Source: a candidate division WS1 bacterium
GTDB lineage: Bacteria > Armatimonadota > Zipacnadia > Zipacnadales > UBA5352
DNA length: 63,014 bases
Assembly (NCBI GenBank): GCA_012522765.1
Contig: JAAYJW010000193.1
Coordinates: forward strand, 1 to 63,014
Direction of reading: 5' to 3'
The position numbers were made by a program, and so were the translations under genes. Shown piece by piece: positions 1-7,502 of this stretch (within the stretch, counting starts at the first letter, position 1; each line of letters begins with the position of its first letter). A model generated the notes under the pieces. The model ran no database searches, was not told the DNA's origin, and saw nothing but the letters and a program-made list of their open reading frames with translations.

Positions 1-40
1 ACTATCGCTTCGGCGGCCGGTTTTGTTCCGCCTGCATGTT

Positions 41-1066
41 CTATCCCCCGCCCAGCAGCCCGAGCAGGCGCGCGACTACCTCACGGTCAATCTCGGCCGC
101 CAGATCCATCCCCTCCAGTCGCACCGCCATCTCCTCGACAAGCGCCGGATCGGGAGCATCGCCGAGCCCCAGTGTCAGCAGCACCTCGTTCGCAAGCTGC
201 TCGCCGATCGCTTGATCGAGCGCGGTCATTACATCCAGCGCCTGCACGCACATCAGCGTGTTGAGCTCAGCCGCCATGGGGTCGGCAGTCGGCGGATTCG
301 GTACCACACCACGTCGCACCCCGGCGATCAGCGCCGGGACCAGCTCCCACCGCCCTGCCTCCACCAGCGCCCCGCCAAGTCGCCCCACAGCGGGCCAGTT
401 CGGCAAGCGCGACTGCGCCATCAGGTCCTCCGGCGGCTCCGGAGACGTCAGATCGATCTTCCAGACCACTCGCGACCCGGGCAGCAGTTCGCCGTTCGTC
501 GCGACGATCTCGCCCGGCAGCGTCACCGAGAAGCTGATGCCACTGTCGCCGCCGCTCATCATCATACCCATCATGTCGCCGAGGGCAGCATCCATGCCCT
601 CAATCTGCACCTGGCCCTCGTCCGGCTGCTCTGCCGTCGGCTGATCCTGTGGCTGCTCATCCACCTGCCCGGCTTCCATCGGTTCCTCGGGCAGAGGCAT
701 GGTAAAGGTATAGACGTTGCTCAGCGTCCCCTGGGTCATCGAGAATTCGGGCTGCGGCTGAGCATCGGCCGTGAAGAGGCTCTCTCCCGGTCCAGCCTCG
801 CCCTGCCACGCCTGTACATGCCATTGGTCGCGCTCGAAGGCCGGTTCTTCAGTCCACTTCCCCGGCGCCAGGCCGTCGCTGATGTTGCTGGAGAAATCGC
901 CCTCCCCGCCCTCCATCATCGACTGCATGACTCCCGCCTCGAGACGCGCGGTGGTCGAACCATCCGGCGCCATAGCGAACTGCCCATCCACGAAGATGCA
1001 GCCGCCCGTCAGCGTCAGCGCGACGAGGGCCATGACCATCAGCGTGAGCTTAGTGGTAGACACCAT
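41..1066 (-). CDS. Putative lipoprotein, uncharacterised (LppM/DUF3153-like)
   Basis: 341-aa ORF with a hydrophobic signal and lipobox LTGG-C; acidic mature domain; overlaps the stop of the upstream gene. Confidence 0.6.
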   Translation of the reverse strand: MVSTTKLTLMVMALVALTLTGGCIFVDGQFAMAPDGSTTARLEAGVMQSMMEGGEGDFSSNISDGLAPGKWTEEPAFERDQWHVQAWQGEAGPGESLFTADAQPQPEFSMTQGTLSNVYTFTMPLPEEPMEAGQVDEQPQDQPTAEQPDEGQVQIEGMDAALGDMMGMMMSGGDSGISFSVTLPGEIVATNGELLPGSRVVWKIDLTSPEPPEDLMAQSRLPNWPAVGRLGGALVEAGRWELVPALIAGVRRGVVPNPPTADPMAAELNTLMCVQALDVMTALDQAIGEQLANEVLLTLGLGDAPDPALVEEMAVRLEGMDLAAEIDREVVARLLGLLGGG

Positions 1067-2120
1067 ACTCTTCCACCGCCTCCGAGAGTGCGACTACATT
1101 CTCCCACGGCACATCCGGCTCCAGCACGTGCGTGGGTGCTATCAGCAATCCACCGTCACAGCCGACGTTCTCAACCGTCCACTTAACCGCTGCTTTGACG
1201 TCTGCCGGCGAACCAAAGGGCATTGTGGTCTGCGTGCCGATGCAGCCCCAAAACGAGAGCCGATCGCCATACTGCCGCTTCAGCGCCGCCGGGTCCATGC
1301 ACTCGGGCTGCACCGGGTTGAGGATGTCGAAGCCGATCTCGATCAGGTCCTCAATCACCGGCCGCACGTCCCCGTCGCTGTGATACCACGCCAGGATCTC
1401 CGGATTCTCGTCCTTCGCCGCCTTGATGACCCTCCGCCAGCGCGGTTTGAGCCACTCGCGCCACATCTTCGGGCTCATCATCATTCGATCCTGCATGCCG
1501 ATGTCATCGCCGCAGTGGATCATATCACAACCGGCCTGCCCGTAGCGCGTCGCCATGAAGGCGCGGTCCTCGGTGATCCGGTCGAAGATGTATCCCGCGT
1601 AGGGCGGATCGAGCAACATCTTCTCCATCAGCTTCTCCATCCGCGGCATCTGCCACGCGTTCTCCCAGATGTGCCCGATGCTCCCGGCAACGAACCATTC
1701 ATCGGAGTGCAGATCGGCCACGGCCTGTTCGAGGTGAGCGTGTCGCCAGCCGGGGGTGTAGTCAGGCCACGGGAACTCCTCAAGCTCCGCGACCGTCTCG
1801 GTCTTCGCGAGCGGATAGAGGCGACTGGTGAAGTGGAAGAAGTCGGACGGGGCGCGACCGGTGCCGTATTCGCTGAAACTGCAGCCTTCGGGGACTCCAT
1901 CGGGGTAAAAGCGCGTGAAGTCCGGCAGCTTCTCCGGCCCCCGGAAGCTCACCGTGCGGCGCTCGAAGCCGAAGTATTCGGCGGCATTTGTCGCGCCGGT
2001 CTGCCGCACAAACTCTTCCTGCAGCGTTGGAGTGAAGCTCCACTCCTTTGGCACACGGTCGGGCTTTTCCCTGCGGATGGCGGTTAGAACGCGCTCTCGC
2101 GGTGACATATCTCGCGGCAT
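1050..2120 (-). CDS. Uroporphyrinogen decarboxylase (URO-D/MtaA-like) family protein
   Basis: MSPRERV..AI..EKPDRVP start, GDDIG.Q...MMSP..WRE..KP, HSDG, LNPVQP and G.LIAPTH motifs typical of the family. Confidence 0.85.
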   Translation of the reverse strand: MPRDMSPRERVLTAIRREKPDRVPKEWSFTPTLQEEFVRQTGATNAAEYFGFERRTVSFRGPEKLPDFTRFYPDGVPEGCSFSEYGTGRAPSDFFHFTSRLYPLAKTETVAELEEFPWPDYTPGWRHAHLEQAVADLHSDEWFVAGSIGHIWENAWQMPRMEKLMEKMLLDPPYAGYIFDRITEDRAFMATRYGQAGCDMIHCGDDIGMQDRMMMSPKMWREWLKPRWRRVIKAAKDENPEILAWYHSDGDVRPVIEDLIEIGFDILNPVQPECMDPAALKRQYGDRLSFWGCIGTQTTMPFGSPADVKAAVKWTVENVGCDGGLLIAPTHVLEPDVPWENVVALSEAVEEYGVYH

Positions 2121-2907
2121 CAGCGGACAGGTCCTCCTTCAGATCGCATGCGCCCGTAGAGAAAGATCATCGTCGCGATGACGCTCACCGACAGCATGAC
2201 GACGCTCACCACCGGCGAGATGATGTCGGCCAGCAGGCCCACAATCAGCCCCGGCACGAGGAAACGATCAGCCACCGCCAGAGCCGCATCATCTCGGGGG
2301 TGACCAGCGTGTCGAGTATCTCTACCGCACCCTTCAGGTAGAAGCCGCACTCGATGCAGCGCGCTCGACCGGGCTGGTTCTCAGCGCCGCAGACCGCGCA
2401 GACCCGCAGGCCCATCTCCTCGCGCCGCTTCCGCGCGAGGCAGCGCTCAAGATGCCGCTTCGCCTGCGCGCTGAGTTCGTGCATCTCCACGTACGCCTGA
2501 TAGTGCTCGATCGCGCGCTCCCAGTCCTCCTGTTCCTCGTAGATCTGCCCGAGACGCAGGTGCGGGTAGGGCACGTCCGGCTGGCGCTTGAGCGCCGCCT
2601 TCAGGTTGAGGATGTCCGCGCGCAGCAGCCGTCGCCCCCTGATCGCCTCGGAGGCGATCGGCAGCAGCGGGATGGCGCCCACAACGAGCGCGAGCAGGAT
2701 GATCGGCCCCACCGCCGCCAGCCCCTGCATGGAGAAGCTCAGCGCGATCAGCACCAGCATCACGCCGACGATCATCATCAACTCGAAGCCGCTGAGAGTG
2801 CGATCAACCAGCCACATGCCGAGCAGGCGGTAGACTGACCAGCCGCACAGCAGCAGAACGAGCACGATCAGCGGGCCGAAGATGAACGCAATATCGGCTC
2901 CGGGCAT
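2120..2907 (-). pseudogene. Membrane protein with TPR and Zn-ribbon, split by an apparent 1-bp deletion near 2262-2264
   Basis: ORF 2245-2907 (TM helices, TPR, CxxC..CxxC) continues in the frame of ORF 2120-2350 (LVPGLIVGLLAD...). Adding one T to GTTTCC gives 263 codons whose stop overlaps the URO-D ATG. Confidence 0.7.
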
Positions 2908-2957
2908 CCTCCGTCACCCCCTGCTCCGGCAGATGTCAGTCGCTCGGCTCTTCCATG

Positions 2958-3004
2958 CCGTAGATGCTCGCCCCGCGGTCAACAAGCTTCTCCCGCAGCG
3001 CGTC
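2958..3004 (-). repeat. 47-bp direct repeat, copy 1 (probable displaced 3' end of the FAD oxidoreductase gene)
   Basis: ccgtagatgctcgccccgcggtcaacaagcttctcccgcagcgcgtc is identical to 4228-4274; in context it reads DALREKLVDRGASIYGMEEPSD* on the minus strand. Confidence 0.95.
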
Positions 3005-3124
3005 CACACCGGCGAATCGCGCGTTGGCGCAATTCGCCGCCTACGCGTCGTCATGCGCCGTCGGACGCCGTTGTTCCTCCAATGCCCGCACCTGCGGCGG
3101 CTCCGGGAAGGCCTCGATGGTCCT

Positions 3125-3213
3125 CTCCTACGGCGTGAGCGTCTGCCGCACGATCCGGTTCCGCGCCATCAGGCGCGCGAGTCATGAGCGTCGGCTGCAT
3201 GGCTTTGTTCGGC
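3125..3213 (-). mobile_element. Integron attC-like recombination site (solitary, degenerate R')
   Basis: Minus strand reads GCCGAAC-aaagc-CATGCAGCCGAC...cgcgcc-TGAT-ggcgcg...GTGCGGCAGA-cgctcacgcc-GTAGGA, i.e. R'', L'', apical stem, L' and an R' lacking one T relative to GTTAGG. Confidence 0.6.
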
Positions 3214-4089
3214 ATGAATGGCAATTTCATCCGCCAGCCTGGGCAGCAGCACCTCTGGCAGACAATGGCCAAGCCCGTCAATTTCTATCAGTCGGGCATT
3301 TGGAAGCAAGTCTGCGATGTGTTTGCCATGGGGCGGTGGGTTAAGAGGGTCCTCAGAACCCTGAATCACCAGGGTCGGAATGCTCACTCCTCTTAACTCC
3401 TCCCCCCGTGAAAACGAAACCGGAGTTGCCAGTGCGTGATTCCCGGGCTGTGTCCAGCTTCCAGCATGATCTATACAGCGTCGCTCACGAAGTCGGAAGT
3501 CTGACTCGTCAAACTCAATCCTGTTCCCTGCAAGCAGACGCCATTCTCTAACACGGCGATCGAGCTCTTCTTCTATGCTTTCAGAGGGAGTTGCGCGCTC
3601 AGAAAGCGCTTCAAGCACATTCTTATTTGGAACAGGCAAACCGTCCGGCGAACTCTCTCCTGAAAAAGCCCGGGCAATATTGCCAACGAAGTCCACATCA
3701 AGCGCCGCTCCACACATAACCGTCAAGCTATGGAGTCGATCCGGATGATCCAGTGCAAGCACTTGCCCTAATGTCGCGCCCATCGACAAACCTACAATAT
3801 GTGCTTTGTTCACTTCCCATGCGTCGAGAACCGATACTGCATCTGACGCCAGATCCTCCACGGCATAGGGAGATTCATCAAAGTCAATGAAGGTAGAACG
3901 CCCCGTATCACGATGATCATACCGGATGACGCGATACCCTTTGGAAACGAGCAGCTCAACAAATTCATTCGGCCACATCAGTGCTGATGCATTGGCGCCA
4001 GCAACCAAAAGGATCGTGTCTATTCGACCCGATCCAACTGACTCACTCCAGAGTGATCTGCCGTCCACATCTACAAGCTTCTCTGGCAC
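3169..4089 (-). CDS. Alpha/beta hydrolase, RdmC/DnrP-like methylesterase family
   Basis: GLSMG nucleophile elbow, IRYDHRDTGRST, DP..P.PHGKH and GLGH motifs; GTG start at 4089 with GGAGG RBS; visibly more AT-rich than its neighbours. Confidence 0.85.
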   Translation of the reverse strand: MPEKLVDVDGRSLWSESVGSGRIDTILLVAGANASALMWPNEFVELLVSKGYRVIRYDHRDTGRSTFIDFDESPYAVEDLASDAVSVLDAWEVNKAHIVGLSMGATLGQVLALDHPDRLHSLTVMCGAALDVDFVGNIARAFSGESSPDGLPVPNKNVLEALSERATPSESIEEELDRRVREWRLLAGNRIEFDESDFRLRERRCIDHAGSWTQPGNHALATPVSFSRGEELRGVSIPTLVIQGSEDPLNPPPHGKHIADLLPNARLIEIDGLGHCLPEVLLPRLADEIAIHAEQSHAADAHDSRA

Positions 4090-4211
4090 GACAATCGTCC
4101 TCCACATAGGGCCCGATCGCGTGGGCATCCGGAGGATCACAGGCGATCCCTTCGGAGTTACTGCGCACTACAGCGCCTCAGACCACCGGCCCCCTCTTCA
4201 CCTCTCCCCCA

Positions 4212-5504
4212 TCACTCTTCGCTGAGACCGTAGATGCTCGCCCCGCGGTCAACAAGCTTCTCCCGCAGCGCGTCTACATCAACGGATCGGACGTCGGCCT
4301 CCTCCAGAGCCATCTCGGCGGCGCATCCGGCCGCTTCGCCTATTGCCATCACGATCGGCATAACGCGCATTGAGCTATGCGCCGCATGGTCGCAGGAGAT
4401 GCAGCGGGCGGCGATCAGCAGGTTGTCGAAGCCCCGCGGCGTGATGCAGCGGTACGGCACGTCGTAGGCCTCGCCCGGTGGCAGGCGCTTGATGACCGTG
4501 CCCGTCCCCGCCGGGTTATGTATGTCCACCGAGTACGATCCGCGCGCGATGCCATCATCGAACTTGTGCGCCTCGAGGACGTCATCCACGGTCAGCAGGT
4601 AGTCGCCCATGATGCGGCGGCTCTCGCGGATGCCGATCTGCGGCGCCATCTCCTCCAGCCACGCCTCCTCGAAGCCGGGCACGTGGTCAACGAGGAAGCG
4701 CACCATCTGCCGCACCTGCCGCCGGCCGATCAGTTCCGCGTCAGTCATATCCTCGGCATTGGTGGCGTCGTGCATAACCACGCGGGTGGTGTTGAAGTGT
4801 ACCTGGCGATCGTGGGTGGTGAAGAACTTCAGCACGTTCTCGCGCGGGTTGTCGATCTCGCCGCGCTCCTTTGCGGCGTCGTAGAGTTCGTTGATCTCCT
4901 GCCGCGAGGGCATCGCCTCAATGTTCACGTTCATCATCCGGAAGCAGAGCGTCATTGGCTGGCAGTGGCCATCCTCCTCGCGCCCGATCTCCACCTCCGC
5001 GCCCGCCCACGCCGCGAGATCGCCATCGCCGGTGCCATCGATGAAGATCTCGCCATGCACCTGTCGAAGGCCGGACTTGCTGAGGGTGGCGATGCTGGTG
5101 ATCGCTTCATCGGCGGTATCTACATCGGCCAGCATGGTGTGAAGCTGCAGCCTCACGCCCGCCTCGGCGCAAAAATCCTCAGCGACGAACTTGAACATTT
5201 CCTCATCGAACGCCGAGGGCTGTCTTGGCCCGCCCCAGCCGCCGTACTCATCGAGGCGCCCGGTGATGCGCTCGAAGAGCCCACGGATGATCGGCTTGCC
5301 GCCGGCCACCCACGGCATGAACGGGTTCACCAGCCCCGCGGTGGCCATGCCGCCGAGGAAACCGTAGCGTTCGATCAGCAAGACATCGGCGCCCTCCTCA
5401 GCAGCCGCGACTGCGGCGCATAGTCCACCCGGGCCGCCTCCCACCACGACCACTTCGGCCTCGTCGGCTACATCCAGCGCGTCATAGTTGATCGCATTGC
5501 TCAT
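4212..5504 (-). CDS. FAD-dependent oxidoreductase (FAD_oxidored family)
   Basis: VVVVGGGPGG Rossmann motif, ERYGFLGG..T.G.V, IDGTGDGD, RESRRI.G.Y.LT, YDVPYRC motifs. Confidence 0.9.
   Translation of the reverse strand: MSNAINYDALDVADEAEVVVVGGGPGGLCAAVAAAEEGADVLLIERYGFLGGMATAGLVNPFMPWVAGGKPIIRGLFERITGRLDEYGGWGGPRQPSAFDEEMFKFVAEDFCAEAGVRLQLHTMLADVDTADEAITSIATLSKSGLRQVHGEIFIDGTGDGDLAAWAGAEVEIGREEDGHCQPMTLCFRMMNVNIEAMPSRQEINELYDAAKERGEIDNPRENVLKFFTTHDRQVHFNTTRVVMHDATNAEDMTDAELIGRRQVRQMVRFLVDHVPGFEEAWLEEMAPQIGIRESRRIMGDYLLTVDDVLEAHKFDDGIARGSYSVDIHNPAGTGTVIKRLPPGEAYDVPYRCITPRGFDNLLIAARCISCDHAAHSSMRVMPIVMAIGEAAGCAAEMALEEADVRSVDVDALREKLVDRGASIYGLSEE
4228..4274 (-). repeat. 47-bp direct repeat, copy 2 (inside the current 3' end of the FAD oxidoreductase)
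   Basis: Identical to 2958-3004, offset 1270 bp. Confidence 0.95.
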
Positions 5505-5854
5505 CAGTCAGACTCCTCGGGTTCATTCAGATCTACTGTAATGTGCATGCCCTGTTCGGCGGCCTCACGCGCCAGCGTGTTCCACTCCTGCATCTCGTCA
5601 AACTGCTCCCGCGAGCAGGGTAGCAGCTCAACCTGGATATCCCATCGCCACTTCGCCTGAAGCTCCGGCAGCAGCTTGCTCAGCGGCTGGCCCGCGAACC
5701 TGTCGTCGAGCAGGACGAGGTTGAGGTCGGAATGAGGTCGTTCATCACCACGCTGGCGAGAGCCGAAGAAGATCGCTTCTTGGACGCTCACGCGGCGCAT
5801 GAAGGCGCGGATCTCCTCGATCAGTTCCTCTCGCGGTACTTTGCCTCGATCCAC
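5504..5854 (-). CDS. Minimal nucleotidyltransferase MNT3 (116 aa)
   Basis: FFGSRQRGDERPHSDLNLV motif; GTG start overlaps the HEPN3 3' end by 34 bp; stop overlaps the oxidoreductase ATG. Confidence 0.8.
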   Translation of the reverse strand: MDRGKVPREELIEEIRAFMRRVSVQEAIFFGSRQRGDERPHSDLNLVLLDDRFAGQPLSKLLPELQAKWRWDIQVELLPCSREQFDEMQEWNTLAREAAEQGMHITVDLNEPEESD

Positions 5855-6219
5855 TCGAAGGCCTCCTCTGCCAGTTCCACGGCCTCCTGCGCGTCCTCGG
5901 GTTCGAACTGCTCCGAGGGCGGACCGCCTGCGGCATCCACGTAGCGCGTGGACATGTAGAACGGGTTCAACCGCTTGATGATTTGCCAGATCGGCTCGGG
6001 TATCCTCCCGAAGATGTCGTGGATCATCGCCTGGAGTGAGTGCTCGCGTGGCATGGGGCGCTTGAGGAGGATCGGGTAGCCGCACTTGAGGAGCTTCTCG
6101 ATCGCCTGCCGTGCGTGGAAGATAGCGTGGTGGGGGATGACGTGCTGCGAGAGCAGGCGGGCCGCCTCAAGGTCAATGCGGGCGTCGGCGATCCATCCCT
6201 GTTCGCGTTCGGAGAGCAT
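5821..6219 (-). CDS. HEPN domain protein HEPN3 (COG2250-like, 132 aa)
   Basis: W..DA..DL.AA, F.A.QA.EK.LK, P.REH.L and Y..TRY motifs; ATG at 6219. Confidence 0.8.
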   Translation of the reverse strand: MLSEREQGWIADARIDLEAARLLSQHVIPHHAIFHARQAIEKLLKCGYPILLKRPMPREHSLQAMIHDIFGRIPEPIWQIIKRLNPFYMSTRYVDAAGGPPSEQFEPEDAQEAVELAEEAFEWIEAKYRERN

Positions 6220-6338
6220 AATAGTCAGGTGGCCTCGTGGGATTCGTCGTCGGCCATGATACGTATACCCTCGCGGTCGGCGATGCGCTCGATGCCGATC
6301 TGCTTGCGCGCCTCCTCGAACTCCTCGGGAGTGTAGGC
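6178..6338. repeat. 161-bp direct repeat, copy 1 (MNT 3' end plus HEPN 5' end)
   Basis: Matches 7068-7228 with about 6 mismatches counted by eye; offset 890 bp. Confidence 0.9.
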
Positions 6339-6575
6339 CAGAAGCTCGATGGGAGGACGCACAAGTCGCCACTCCAGATAGAGCGGTGGCAGTCGATCCA
6401 GAAAGCGCACGCCCTTGAAGCGGGAAGAGATGAGCATGAGGTCGGCGTCGCTGTGTCGCCGTTCCTCACCGCGGGCATATGAGCCGTAGAGGATCGCCTC
6501 CTCGACATCCACACGCCGCAAGTAATCGCGGATTTCCTCTACGAGCCTTTCTCGCGTAAGAGGGCGGTCGCCCAC
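6225..6575 (-). CDS. Minimal nucleotidyltransferase MNT2 (116 aa)
   Basis: LYGSYARGEERRHSDADL motif; GTG at 6575 gives the same length as MNT1 and MNT3 (the ORF track starts at ATG 6593). Confidence 0.85.
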   Translation of the reverse strand: MGDRPLTRERLVEEIRDYLRRVDVEEAILYGSYARGEERRHSDADLMLISSRFKGVRFLDRLPPLYLEWRLVRPPIELLAYTPEEFEEARKQIGIERIADREGIRIMADDESHEAT

Positions 6576-6946
6576 TGTAATGTCTTTGAGCATTGTCTCC
6601 TCGCCTCCTCCGCATCCGCTTTACAGTATTCCTCGCCTGGCACAGCCATCAGGCTGCTGCGATAGCGAGAGATCGTGTAGTGACGATCTAAGCCCGCGAG
6701 CGCCTCCAGAATCTCCTGGGGCACTTCCGTACCGGGCGGTACGCCGTCCGCGGCAAGCATTCGAAGGCTATGTGAATGCGGAGGTTCCTCACTATGCTGG
6801 TCCGCGTAGAGAGCTTTGAGTGCCTTCTCAGCGGCCTGTTGCGCTATGAAACACGCCCAGTTGTACTTCTCCTCGCGTATGTTGGAATGGACGGCCAGCA
6901 TGTCCTCCTGGGCCTGCCGCACCCATTCCTCAGCCTCCCGTCGCAT
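6539..6946 (-). CDS. HEPN domain protein HEPN2 (COG2250-like, 135 aa)
   Basis: W..QA.ED, YNWACF.AQQAAEKALKA, PPHSHSL and Y..SRY motifs. Confidence 0.85.
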   Translation of the reverse strand: MRREAEEWVRQAQEDMLAVHSNIREEKYNWACFIAQQAAEKALKALYADQHSEEPPHSHSLRMLAADGVPPGTEVPQEILEALAGLDRHYTISRYRSSLMAVPGEEYCKADAEEARRQCSKTLQWATALLREKGS

Positions 6947-7022
6947 CAGCTACGCAATCCTCCCGGTGACCGATAGCCTGAACCCATCCGCCGAGCCGCG
7001 GCAGTGGCGCGGATCAGGAGCA

Positions 7023-7109
7023 CTACATGTACCTGGCCTCAAGTACGTAAGCGGCTTCAAGCTGGGCGCGGGCGTCGGCGACCCATCCCCGTTCGCGTTC
7101 GGAGAGCAT
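7023..7109 (-). pseudogene. Truncated HEPN N-terminus (28 aa)
   Basis: MLSERERGWVADARAQLEAAYVLEARYM* is a paralog of the HEPN3 start MLSEREQGWIADARIDLEAA. Confidence 0.75.
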
Positions 7110-7228
7110 GATGGTCAGGTGGCCTCGTAGGATTCTTCGTCGGCCATGATACGTATACCCTCGCGGTCGGCGATGCGCTCGATGCCGATCTGCTTGCGCG
7201 CCTCCTCGAACTCCTCGGGAGTGTAGGC
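7068..7228. repeat. 161-bp direct repeat, copy 2
   Basis: Near-identical to 6178-6338. Confidence 0.9.
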
Positions 7229-7465
7229 AAGCGCTTCAAGGAATGGCAGCGATGGGTCCCACGCGTGATGCAGGGCGGCGAGGCGCTGGTGAGGTACCGT
7301 ACCTTCAAAGCGCCGCGAGATGACCATCAAGTCGACATCGCTGTCGCCCAGATTGGTTCCTTTGGCTCGCGAACCGTAGAGTATCGCTTGCCTGACCGCG
7401 ATCCGCGACATGAAGCGCCTGATTTCGTCGATTAGCTCTTCGCGTCGAAGGAGGCGGAGAGCCAC
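7115..7465 (-). CDS. Minimal nucleotidyltransferase MNT1 (116 aa)
   Basis: LYGSRAKGTNLGDSDVDL motif; GTG start with GGAG RBS. Confidence 0.85.
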   Translation of the reverse strand: MALRLLRREELIDEIRRFMSRIAVRQAILYGSRAKGTNLGDSDVDLMVISRRFEGTVPHQRLAALHHAWDPSLPFLEALAYTPEEFEEARKQIGIERIADREGIRIMADEESYEAT

Positions 7466-7502
7466 GATATTATCTCCTGCCGCTCTCGTTTTGGCACCGT
7501 CT

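Noticed and set aside
2245-2270. Programmed ribosomal frameshifts at 2262 and about 51330
   Set aside because: No canonical slippery heptamer or obvious stimulatory structure; single-base deletion errors explain both more simply.
5504-6085. HEPN-MNT fusion or a 193-aa MNT
   Set aside because: The extra N-terminal 77 codons are an alternate-frame read of HEPN3; the GTG at 5854 gives a length matching the other two MNTs.
6178-7228. Insertion sequence or transposon ends
   Set aside because: The repeats are direct, lie in coding sequence and enclose no transposase.
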